A stretch of DNA of 62,792 nucleotides, the filler included. It is 4 parts of 4 records of this genome, joined end to end, with 100 filler letters (N's around TTAATTAATTAA, not from the genome) between each part and the next. Parts side by side here need not be neighbours in the genome. Positions count along the whole stretch, not along the records: positions 1 to 20,945 come from SRR20825019_1873; 3 more parts are not named here. One strand, given 5' to 3'. A program made the position numbers and the translations under genes. The notes beneath the pieces were generated by a model. The model saw only the letters and a program-made list of their open reading frames with translations. It did no database searches and had not been told where the DNA came from. How positions within the stretch are numbered: position 1 is the stretch's first letter; every line of letters starts with the position of its first letter. Positions 1-12,184 of this stretch are shown here, one piece after another.

Positions 1-521
1 AACCCTATGCAGAGCCAGGTCACGAATGGGCGCACTCGGTTGGCGCATTTGCAGGTTTTGACAGGCCCGAAAGTTCGGTGCCTGGGAACTGCTTGGAGTT
101 TAAAGTCTGGAAATGGATACCAGAAATCCGTCACTTTAGCCCTCGGTGATTTGGTGTCTGTCGCTTCATTGGAGGGTGACGGAAAATGCCGTGGTGAGAA
201 TACGCAATACGACATACCGTGATGAGCCGCCGGGAAAAACTTTGGTACCGGCGATGAGGTGCCACCCTCGCAGGTGCCCGCCGGATGACTCCGAGTGTTA
301 GCCAGTCCCGCCCCCGCCTGGCAACCGCCGCGAGTGCCCGGCGGTCGGCCCGGGCAGACCCTCGCCGCTTAGCCTCCGAGGCCGGCGCCGCCGCTGGATG
401 GGGTCGGCTACCACTCAAGCTTCTTATCCTTGTTGGCAGGGCAGCTGTTGCTAGCAAAAGACGTTTACATACTCACTGCGATTTTTAATTTCTTCGTATC
501 TTTACACGAAATATTATTATT

Positions 522-2698
522 ATGGAGTTTGTGTCAAGACGGTAAGTTGGAAGGCATTGCTTGTCAACTTTTAGGCTCAAATTGGGACTGCAGGAGCAAC
601 GTTTACGGCACACGGGGAGCATGTGCCTCCTCCCAACCGCTTGCTTCGGAGGCTGGCTTGCAAGTGCTACGTGAGGGGGGAAACGCCGCAGATGCTGCTA
701 TTGCCATGGCTGCTGCTCTTAACGTGCGCGAATATATCTACCTCACTCTCATTTCACATGACTGACTCTGATTGATTAGGTGACCGAACCGTGCTCGACA
801 GGCCTAGGCGGTGACTGCTTTGTTTTGTACTACAACTCTAGGGAAGATCGTGTACACGCTGTCCTTGGAAATGGGAAAGCCCCTACGAACCTAAATGCTA
901 CTGATATTATCAACAAGAAGGCACTTGATATGCATGGGATCGACTCAGTCACAATTCCTGGGGCGTGTGCCGGGTGGTGTGATACCATTGAAAAGCATGG
1001 CCGCTTGCCCATGAAGGCTGTTTTGCGACCAGCGATTGAACTGGCAGAAGGCGGTTTTCCTGTCCACGAAGTTGCTGCGCATCATTGGAGAAACGGCTCG
1101 CACTTGCTGAAGAAGGACTGCAACACGCACGGAGGAGATATGCTGATAAATGGGGAGGCACCAAAGGTATGTATTGAAAATTTGTGGAAAATGGTTGTCG
1201 AGCTCATTCGCTGGAAGGCGGGAGACCTCTTCAAGAATCCCAAGCTCGGTGCTGTCATGAGGTCTATTGGAGAGAAGGGGAAGGATGGATTCTACCGCGG
1301 TATGTCATATTGCTGCCTCCGTTTAGCGGAACGGACTCTAATTGATCTTGAATAGACTTCCCAAGCAAGGCAATTGTTCATCTTTCCGAAAAACTTGGCG
1401 GCTCTCATACAATAGATGACTTTCACGTATGTAGGTAGCCTGCGCTGTCTGATGTCATCTAACATGTCTTGTGTAGAATCACGAATCCACTTTTCCAGAT
1501 CCAATTAAGGTCAACTACCATGGTGTAGATATCTATGAGGTGCCACCACCAACCCAGGGAATAGCGGCTCTGATTGCGCTGAATTCGGTTGAAAATATGA
1601 ATGTTGAAAAGATGGAGCACAATAGCGCCGAGTATCTTCATTGCCTTGCTGAAGCCACGAGGTACTCGACTGCTTGCTTTTGCACCGCAACGATTTTAAC
1701 ATTTGTGAAGGATGGCATTTGCAGATATGCGTGCATACGTCGCAGACCCTGAAAAGGTGTCTGTACCCGTCAAAGGTCTCCTGGACAAAGGCTATGCTCG
1801 CAAGAGAGTTGAAGAGCTTTTCAATAAGGATAGAATCAGTCCAAGCATACAGCATGGGTGAGTGCATGTGTATCGAGTTTTCATTTTGAATTAATTTGTT
1901 AATGTGATGACGCAGCACACCCCTGGGTGGCTCTGAAACTGTTTACATGTGTGCAGTGGATGGGGATGGTAATGCATGTAGTATGGTCAACTCCAATTAC
2001 ATGGGTTTTGGCACCGGTTTGGTTCCCGAGGTATGGCTGTGTGAATGTTTGATGTTGTTGTCCAACAGTCGTAGTGCTTACTATTGCCAAGGGTTGTGGA
2101 TTCACCTTGCAGAACCGTGGATATAATTTTTCATTGGATCCAAACCATCCGAATTGTATTGCTGCTGGCAAGAAGCCTTTCCACACCATTATCCCTGGAA
2201 TGGCTGTTCAAAACGGGAACCTGTACGCAGCATTCGGTGTTATGGGAGGGTATGTGCTGTATATCACTCAAAACATTTTACTGATAGCTTGGAAGGTTCA
2301 TGCAGCCTCAGGGACACCTGCAGGTGCTAGTTAGCATGATTGATCACGGAATGACTCCTCAGGAAGCTCTTGATGCGCCTCGATACTGCATCTGTGACGA
2401 TGACAGTGGGGATGCACATGCATCCAAGGGCGGCGCAAGACCTGGAATCCTTGCTCTTGAGAAAGGAATACCGCAGAACACAATGGACAACCTCGTGAGC
2501 ATGGGGCACAAGATTAACCCAGTGGAAGGGCATGGCCGCGCGCTCTTTGGCCGTGGACAAATCATTAAGTGAGGGCTTGGAGTGCTCTTTATTTTGTGTT
2601 AAGCTAATAACTTTCCTAACATCAGGAGGGACCCAAAGACAGGGGTTCTGTGCGCTGGCTCGGACCCCCGCGCTGATGGTTGTGCAATGGCATTCTAA
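522..2698 (+). CDS. Gamma-glutamyltranspeptidase family protein (11 exons)
   Basis: Manual splicing gives [24 protein letters not shown]...[10 protein letters not shown]...[12 protein letters not shown]...[22 protein letters not shown] (nucleophile Thr)...LQNRG...GVMGGFMQPQGH...[13 protein letters not shown]. Introns: 542-593, 724-779, 1167-1217, 1300-1355, 1427-1476, 1662-1710, 1858-1915, 2031-2091, 2250-2295, 2569-2625. Confidence 0.93.
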
Positions 2699-3235
2699 AC
2701 ACTGTGTTTGCTCAGTGAACTCGATTTCCTCAATGTTCTAATAATAATACATTGCTTGTTTTGATTGTTTCCAATCGATCACTGATTATTGTGATCTCCA
2801 TAGTATCTCCCAGTGGCTGTTATCAAACCTATCCACACGCCGGGGCCGTGCCATGCACCGCCACCACCCCTCATCAGTCTGGGGCGCCGGCACGAGTCAT
2901 CAGTGTTGTCTCGGGCGGGCCGCGTCCATCCTCGGTTCGGCCGGGGATTCGGGTGTGGGGGTGCGGCGTTGCCCACCAGCTGCTCTGGGGCCCGGCTGCC
3001 GGTGGCCAACAAAGAGCACAAGGGCCGGTTCAGCAAGGCATTTGCAGCCACCGGCCAGAGGGGGCACCGGCCCTTGCGGCACCACAGTTAGCTGCCAGTG
3101 GTGGCCCCAAGACAACGACTTGCTCCTCATGAGTGGTGTCAAAAGGCCATTCCACTTCAGAGTGTATACATAGATCAAGCAATGAGGCCTGCTGTATTCG
3201 TTTGAAACTAACTTATTTATTTATTTTGCGTCACA

Positions 3236-6200
3236 ATGGAGTCTCCGGGCGTGAAAACTCCTGGCATCAAGACGCCAGTTGAGCGCGAACTAAGTGCGCG
3301 AAAGCATGGGGCAAACCCAATTTTCAATGAAACCTTTGTGGATGATATGGAAAAAAAAATGGAGGTCAAGAAAATGCGCCTGAATGTGGGAGGAGCTGCA
3401 AGAGATACGTCAGTTGGTCCATCTGCCGCGATAAGCAGGATGAACACGGGACGGAGTGTTCGAAGTCAAACAATGTCGGAAAGGGCAAACATGGAAGAGC
3501 GCTTGAAGCTTGTAAAAGCGGCAGAAATCCTTCGAAAAAAAGATGTCACGAAAAAGAAAGATGCAGAAGCTTATGAGAAATGGAGGAAGCACAAAGATGC
3601 GGATGAAATTCACAGGAAAACCGTGATGAAACGCTTGGAGAATCTGTTAGTCTTCACTGGAGGCCAAACAGTCTCAGGAAAGCAAGTGCAAGAAGATATT
3701 AAGAGAATCAATAGGAACGAGGAGTTCCGCCAGAAGCGTCTGGAGTGGGAGGATGAGGCCAAGGAGAAGGCGAAAGAAGCAAAAGAATGGGTCGAAGACA
3801 CCGTGGAGACATACTTTGACCCGAAGCCTGAAAAGGACGTTGTTTACAAACAGGGTGACAAGTTGTCAGTAGTAGAGTTCTGCCGATCATATCTCAGTCA
3901 AGTCGATGGTGAGGTGGACTTCTTGAATGACTCGAAGAGTCTTCTAAAAGATATTATGTCAAATGCTGTGGGCCTGGATTCACAGACCATGTCTGAGGCA
4001 CTGTGGAAGGCAGGCGAAATTATGAGCACATTCAATAACTTTGAAAAGTTTTGTAGTCGCTGTGAACAAGAGGCATACGAGAATTACGATTCTGACAAGG
4101 ACGAGGATGAGCAACGAAATGTCAAGATGACATACCACTCGCTAAGAATGCTAGTGGTGCGCGCCGAGAAAACTCTCCGAGTAACGTCCGAATTTGCGAA
4201 AGCGCTCTACGAGGGAATAGAACGTAGGAAGAAGTGGTTCTTGTCTTATCATCCCCAGCGAAGGGCGAAGATGCGTTTCCGTGCGGCAGCTAGAACCATC
4301 ATCAAGTGTCTGAGGGTCATCAATACCAATACAGTGAAGACTGATGTCACAGAGAAACAGTATCAAATCGAGAGATTGAATATTGTTATAGACAAGACTA
4401 ATCACAAGGTTGCCGAACTAACACACGAACTCGCTGATATGACGAAAAAGTATGAAGAGCAGTTCATGCTTAACAAAGACGCCCAACACGATGTCAAGAG
4501 GTTGAGAACTGTAAGTGCCTACTTCGTCATGCCATTAATCATTGCTCATTCGACATACAGGAAGTGCAACACGTCAAAAAAATGTACAAGGAGTGCTATG
4601 CGAGAAATTTAGAATGCGAGAAAGAAACCGCTGAAGCGCAGAAGCAGCTGAGAGAGTATCAGGACTTTCCGCAAGACGAACTCAGTATCGCTAAGAGGCA
4701 GATTAAGGAACTGGAATTAGAAATTGCTAGATTTAAGGAGGTCGAAGAATGGTCAAAGAGCGAAATTGCTAGTCAGAAAGAAGAGATATTGAACTTAAAT
4801 AAGACCATAGATAAGATCGAAAATCCTGACATCGGAAATATGGGATTGAATATGGAGGACTTAGAGAAAGAAGTCAAAGCACAGAAAGATATCATCGAAG
4901 ATTTGAAAGAAAGAAACCGATTCATGCGGAACAAGATTTACGTGGAAAAGTTTTCGGTTGATTGCCAAGCCCCAAATGATTTGGAGGATGAAGGAATCAC
5001 GCCGCAGATTAGCAAGAAGAACAGGGTGAGAATCGTGGAGAATTTCAAGGAATTAGGGGACGAGGATGGAGGAAGTCCAGACAGGTCCCGTCGAAACAGC
5101 GGGAGTAACCAACCTAGTAGAAAAAATAGCCCTAGAGAACGGAGAAAGGTTTCCACGATGCCAGCTTCGAGACGGACGAGAGATTCCAAATCCCACAAGA
5201 AAACTTCCAAAAAAGTTGCAGAGAAGGTCAAGAAGGTGAAGACTGCCAACAAGCATACTCAAACTGTGGCAGAAGGAGAAGAAATAACAGCAGAAACCAT
5301 AGCACTTCACCTGCCCGATGAGCTACAATCTGATAATGAGAGCATTGATAATGAGGATGGTTACACAAGTGCTCCCATGACAGCTCGCACCGAAGCAACT
5401 ACAACTGGTGGCGGCGTACATGATATACTGGAGAAACTGACAGAAACCGAAATCGAGCTTGAAGATGCAAAGGAAGAGCTGGAAGCGCTGAAAAATGATA
5501 ACGACAACCTCGAAAGACAGCTTGCTGACGCCAACGCGAGTATATACATGATGGAATCTGACATGGCAGCCAACGTGTACGGTGCTGAGCAGATGTCAGT
5601 CGCACTCTTCGCTATGTCCCGGCAGTCCAGACATATGGAAGAAGAACTGGAGACATTACGGGAATTGAGCGCTATGATGGGAGAGGGAGAGGGAGAAGGA
5701 GAAGGAGAAGGTGAAGGTGAAACGAACGAGGAGACTGACGAAGATGGCTCCGATGAGGAGGGCTCAGAGGAGGAAGGTGAAGCAACCGAAAGCACAGAAG
5801 AAGAGAGTGAAGACGAAGCTGCTGGAAATGACGACGAGGAGCCGGGGTCACTTAGGCAGTCAACGAAATCTTCTGGGCGGCCTTCAAAGAGTCGGCGTCC
5901 CTCCAGCATTCGGATTCCGAGCGATTCGGACGGTCCTCCAACTCCGAAGAAGTTAAAGACCAAAAGCAGGCGGAAGTCGGTCATCAGACGGAAGTCGTCC
6001 CTTGGTAGGACTCTAGAAGAACCGGGCAGCGCCAAGAAGGCTTCGCCCAAACGAGTGACTCCTAATATCAAGGTCTTGGTGCAGGAGAAGGTCTCTTTGA
6101 AACGAGAAGTTGGAGATTTGAAATCTGAGCTGTCGATGGTGAAAGGCCAGTTTACTGATGCAAAGAAAGCATCCCGCGCTCTTAGCGAGACCATGCGCAA

Positions 6201-9200
6201 GGTTGTTGATGAGAATTTGAATTTACGAAAGGAAATAGAGGCGCTTGAAATGCGCCTTGCAGATGCCAAGGCGGAGTTGGACCTAGCAGAGGACGCTCTG
6301 AACGATGCCGAGGAGGCACTCGAAGTGGAGGATGGTCCTCCCCGGAAGAAGGCGGATGAGGTTCATGTGGAATTGTCAAGCGAAGAGTTGAACTTGCTGG
6401 ACATGGCAGCCACAACTACTGCAGCAGCGGGAGGAAAGTTGCGAGCGGCCAGAAAGAAGGACCAGTATCGGGCAGGATCGTCTATATCTGTTCTTCCAAC
6501 ACACACCATGACAATGACCACTGGAATGATGGCCAAGAAGAAGCGGAGGGCTCTAGTTCATGACAGTCTAGAAGAGATGCCTTATCAAGAGCTTCTAGAT
6601 CACGCACGCCATCTGAGTCAGCAGGCTGCTGAGGCAGAGATGAAATCTGCAAACTTTGATAAGGCTGAAGAGGACTTCAAGGAAAGGTTGCGGGACATGA
6701 CGCAGCTACAGGATGAATTACAGATTCGCGTGGAGGAATTATCGGTTCAAAATGCCGATAAAAAGGTGGAGATAGAAAAATTACGAAAAAATATTGACAG
6801 CTTAAAGGATGGAAGCCTGGAGATGAAGAAGTTGAAGCAGCAAGCGAAGGGCTTTGAGGATGCTCTGGCTCAAGAGCGCAGTAAGAGACGCCAAGACGCC
6901 AACAAATTCGAAAATCAATTAGATCAGCTCAGATCTGAATTCGAGAATGAATTGAGGTTCCTTCAAGGCCTTGTCAAGAGTGAGGATGTGCAAGAGAACA
7001 TGGACGAGGCTAACAAGAAAATGAAAATCTCTCAGCGTCATGTTGTTATGAGCACCCTTGCGTCAGTTCAGGGAGACGAGTTGCTGGCGGAACTTGATAC
7101 CCACATCGAGCAAGTGAGCAACAATAACGAACAGCTCTCGAAGGATTTGATTTCGGCCCATGAAGAAATCGCACGTCAGACTGAGGACATAGAAAATCTT
7201 AATTCAACCATATCCCAACAAGATGATAGGATCATCCGCTTGGAAGAGAAGGAGCGTTTCCGCATGTTCCATGCCGGTACTCAGACGGATCCTGTATCGA
7301 TCATGGGAAAGACCCTTCGAAGCTCCTATATTCCTAGAGCTGAAAGTCCGTGCTCAGTGGGTTCGGATATTCTGCGCGATTGTGACAGCGCTAAGGCATC
7401 ACTCTTTGCAAGAAACATTCCCGATACCATGATCTTCGAGGATAAGAAGAATCCATCTGGCATGAAGCGTTCCCGGAGTCACATGGAACTAGCGAAGGAC
7501 ATGGAAGACTATGTAGCCACCCTCAAGCCAAGCGACTTGATATTTGATAAGGATGCCGCTTTCACACGTCAAACCACGATGTGGTCCCCAATGACCACGC
7601 TCGAGATGGAAAACGATGAAGAAGAATTTGAAAATGATGTAGCCGATGGCACGGATCCCCGCGTCAAGCTGATGGACAAGGTCATCCCGCTCATTGAGGG
7701 CCAGATTGAAGCGAAAGAGCACATGACTAGTGTAAAGCGTGGAGCATTCAAAATGCAATTCGGAGAGAAGTACAAGGTTGATGCAACAGTTGACTTAACT
7801 GTACGCACGGAAAGGTACAGAGATCTTCACGCAGGAGCCCAGGTAATGACTAAGGCGATTCAACTTCGAGAGAGGTTCATGTCTTTGTTTGGCCGAGACG
7901 ATCTCGCACCTATTGGTGGTTTCAACCTGCATGATGAGACTCGGCAATTGCAGCAGTCGATGAGCAGTGGTGTTCGCCAGGTACTGGAAGACATTCTACC
8001 AGTGTTGGAGAGCATTGATCGTGCCATATGCCAACTTTCGGTTGAAAAGTATGAGAATGAGACTTTCATAACCCATTGGGTAGATGCTTCGCTCGAGTGC
8101 TACGATGGCGGGCTTGTTGGCAACACATTTGGCCCTGGTCCTCAAGTGATGTATGACACGCTTCCTACTTGGAACACAGATCCAGAGACAGCAGAGAAGT
8201 TCCTTGAGCTCACTGGGCGTATGGAGCTGTTTAGACGCCAGGCCATGTCTGCGAACTCAACTTCAATTGACTTCAAGTCACAGTTTGCAGGATTTGGAGT
8301 CCGCACAAATCAGGGTGGGCCTCTGCCGGCCATCCCCTTTACTGGATACGGGCATCGCCAGAAGCAGGATCAGGAGCCCGTTTCCCAGTCTTTGTCGTCG
8401 CCTACACTATCCCCAAAGAAATCCCCCAAGCGGAGGAGCCCTGGAACAAGTCCTCGTGTAAAGAAGACGCCAGTGACTAGTCCCCGGAATGAGGACGGCC
8501 AGAGTGCGCATCCCATTGCCAAGAAACGCTCAAAGAAATCGCCTCCATCTCCCCAAGCAGTCCCGAAGCCGATGACATCTGGAAAGATTGCGAGTAGCAA
8601 GAGACCCATGGGCGGAATTGGTGGGGATGTAGACAATCGCAGTCCACATAAGGTAGGGGGTGCTTATGCCTCTTACGGAGTGAACAAGCCCCGCCCCCAT
8701 AGTGACCTGTACGTGCGAGAACAGCAGGAGCAGTCCATCATGTCACCAGAACCCAGCACAGTTCAAATGAACGTGGACCGCATGTTGAATCCATCGTCAG
8801 ACCCCCGGCCGATCCGTGAAAGAAACAAATTCTACAGCGACATCCCCATTTTCGCACAGAAGTTAATGGTGGGGCAGAAGATGACACCCTCGAAGTTCTC
8901 CGTCAGTCCACTGAACTCGGATACCGTGTCTCCACGACCTACTAAGAGCAAACTGACCGTGGTACCGCTGGGAGGCAACGATTCAAAATCGGAAAAGGAG
9001 GTCGAGCCGCTCCTGCAGTATAAGAGTCCCGAACCGAAGAAACAAACGCTAACCATGCCACCTATCAGTACCCCCATGCGAGGAATCGACGAATTTCAAC
9101 CATCAGAAGTAGAAGGGGAGATCGTATCCTCCATGCCACTGGTATTGCCTAAGATTGACTCCCAAGTGGGAAAGGCGGAGCAGCTCGTTCCAACCAGCAA

Positions 9201-9315
9201 CTTTGTCAGTTATGGTTCACATCCCATAGGCGAGGCCCACCATCTGAGCGACTCGTCCAAGGATCCCAAAGATGTTTGGATAGAAAATATGCCAACGCTT
9301 GGGCACGGTCGGTAG
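3236..9315 (+). CDS. Large coiled-coil/low-complexity protein of unknown function (~2009 aa, 2 exons)
   Basis: ORFs 3236.. and 4564..9315 join in frame across a 50-nt phase-0 intron, 4511-4560 (GTAAGT...CAG). The protein has long E/K/L heptad-rich segments, an acidic (GE)n tract near 5680-5720 and an S/P-rich C-terminus. Confidence 0.8.
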
Positions 9316-9409
9316 CATACTGTAGCATACGTAGCAATACAGGCTGCAAGTAAAACATCCCCTCATAGAACCTGTTTCTTAAATGATGATTTATATCTGA
9401 AATGCGTTA

Positions 9410-11370
9410 TTATCGACCATGCAGGCTAGGGAACATGGGTAGCTCCAGCTTGTCTTCTCGTCCCTTCAATGCCCGTTCCTTGAGTTCTTGCTGCTTCTTC
9501 CACACCTCGCGAAGCTCATTTGCCCTCTTTTGCTTGTACTCCTTTTCTAACACCTCGCGCTGAGTTTCACTAAATATTGTTCAGTAAGTCCCACACCTGT
9601 TCTCTCAATTCACTTCACTGTACCCACCCTAATGCTTGGTTTTCCAGCATGTTCTTTTCGAGTTCAAGGACCTTCAGGCGCTCCTCTTCCTTTCGATCCT
9701 TCTTTCCCTTGACCTACCGACATATAAGCACGCGTACACCCCCGCTATGACATAATATGCAAACCTGGTCATCAAGTACATGCCGAAGGTTTTCCTTTCG
9801 TTGCTTAGCCACGTCCTTGTCCTCAACCTTCCCGACATTGGTGATTGCTGTTGCACCCTCTTGTCCACTGCGATCGTATCGAGCCTCTGCCTCTTCTTTT
9901 CTCCTTTTTTCGTTCTGCTTCATCTGCATCTGCAAGTACAACTTATTTTTGACTGCTTGCTCCCTAATATCTGCTCTCTTCTTCCTGCTCTCTAGTTGCT
10001 AAGAAGTTGATGTGGTATCAGAAACGGAGTTGCAAATGTGGTCATTCGGTACTCACTGCTCGAAGTCGCATTTCTTCTGCGAGAAGCTGTTGTCTCCGAA
10101 GCTCATGCCACCTGTTGTCCAGGTGCTCTTGGATACGGGTATATGCTTCTTCAAAGGCAAGATCTTCGGCTTTACCCTGTGTTTCTGATTGCTCATGTTT
10201 AGCTATTGCCTTGATGTGAATCTCGTCATTGTTCAGCTTGGCCTCGTGAATTCTTCTGTTAGTGTCGTTCATTAGGCCCTGATATACTCCCTTCGGCAGC
10301 TGCATTCTGTCAGTTGAGAATGGGAAAAATGCGGCAACACACTTACCACAGATCGCGGGGATGGAAACCGGGAATAGCGGGTGCTGTGCGTTCGTTCAGT
10401 CATTGCGCCACTTCCATTGACCGACATCGCAAGAGGGCGTTCCGACTTGCGATCACGGCTACATGATCTGTGCGAACGGGACCCACTGTGGTGTGAGCTC
10501 CTCTCCCTAGATCCACTGTGTGACCGGTGGCGAAGCCGTCGATGACTGTGGTGTGAGCGGCCGCTGCGGTAACTCGCGTTCGAGCCCGAGGCTACAGAAC
10601 TTCCTCCCTTCTGGGACATCTCTTTGCATGTGGGGCAGTTCAAGCACTCAGAGCAAGTGCATATAGAGGTGGGGCTTCCAGAGCGACGAGATCGAGCACT
10701 ACCCCTCAAATCAGATGATGAACGGCTCTGATCCAGGTATTGCTGGCTCACAACCTTGTCTCCCTTGAAGTGATACGAAACCTCGCGGCCACCAACAATA
10801 ATTTTTGCTGCCCCAAAGTCCACAGTCACACTTTCCCCTGTGGCCATGGCCTCCCCAATCTGGCGCAAGATCTCTTTCAACACGAACGAGACCACATCTT
10901 TGGTGTACTGCGGCGAAAGCTCATTCGTAATTGTGAAGTCGTTTGCCTTGGCTTCACAAATGGTAGACTGGCAACAGCTTCATCAGAAAGTGTCGGACAG
11001 TCAGTTTACAAGTCTCCTTACCCCCGACTCCAGGCGAAAACCAGACTTCGCCTTCAAGCCATAGTGGTCGCAGTACCGCTTCATCATCACAAAGGCTCCC
11101 ACTTGTTTTCCGGCCTCAGACGGTGCCGAGTTTGCGTGCAGAAACTTTCCAAACTGGGCCACCTCAACATTCTAACGAAACATCAGCACTATAACACCCA
11201 CAACAAGCAAGGCGGCAACTCACACTCCCTGCAGCAAACTGTCGCTTTACTAGTTGGGTGACTGCATTCCAGATTGCCTTAACGTCTTTTTTCTCGACAG
11301 CCTTTGCGCCTCCCTGACGTGAGGCCAATGCAGCAACATCGTCGAACACCTCGTCCAGTGAGAGCGTCAT
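9410..11370 (-). CDS. CCDC81-like protein (N-terminal HU-like domains, C-terminal coiled coil), multi-exon
   Basis: Exon peptides VKAIWNAVTQLVKRQF, QFGKF and TKDVVSFVLKEILRQIGEAMATGESVTVDFGAAKIIVGGREVSYHF resemble the CCDC81 HU-domain pattern. Several coiled-coil exons follow, and the last reads ...ANELREVWKKQQELKERALKGREDKLELPMFPSLHGR* (TAA 9410-9412). Internal junctions were only partly resolved. Confidence 0.65.
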
Positions 11371-12184
11371 CTAGGGAGCGGGATTTCCACAGAGCAGAAA
11401 CGGAGAATATATATCGCTACATGAAATTTTGAATTGTGCGCCGTTCTCGGCACGAAGTGAAACGCACGGTTTTGATGGCCTCACTCGGTCAAAGCTCGCA
11501 GAGACCGCGGAATCGGCAGGACCGTCTTGCGAGGAATGCCTGTAGGGTCGGTGGTGCTTCGGCGGCTGTCACTTGCAGTGGCAGGGTGGACACTCACTGA
11601 CTACTCGGGCGACTGGGCCCGGCCGGTCTCCGGGGGCGGTCACCGGGCCCAGCAGGCCCGCCGGCCGGCTGGGCTAGGGTACGCCGGGTTACTTAGGGCT
11701 CGTAAGCTAACGGCGCGGCAGTGCATCAGACAATAAATCGGCGGCACCCAGAGCCCTCGTAGTCAGTCGTATGGTGATTGGGCTGCGGATGTGACAGTTA
11801 CGCCAGGGGAACACCTTCAACTCGTCCCAATCGGGGTATTATTGATCGTTGGGAAACTACGCCAGCTCGGGTTTAGGCGGTTCACTCCGATTGTACACTT
11901 CGATCTCCATCAATCTCGCCCGGCCGCCCCGGCGAGGCTGCGGCTGCCCGCGGGGTCGGATCCGACTGTGCACTAACCGGACGGGGTCATCCGGGCCGGG
12001 GCCTGGGGCCCAGCCGCTGAGCTTGCGCCGGGGGCTGCGCCCCTACCTCGGATCCTTACCATTGATGCCGCGCCAGTGGCTTGAGAAGACCGGTATACTT
12101 CGCCGGTCGGCCAGCCGGCACTTCTGAAGAGGCCTTCGGAGAACTCGTTGAGGGACAAGAGGGTTCATATATGTTCCATATATC

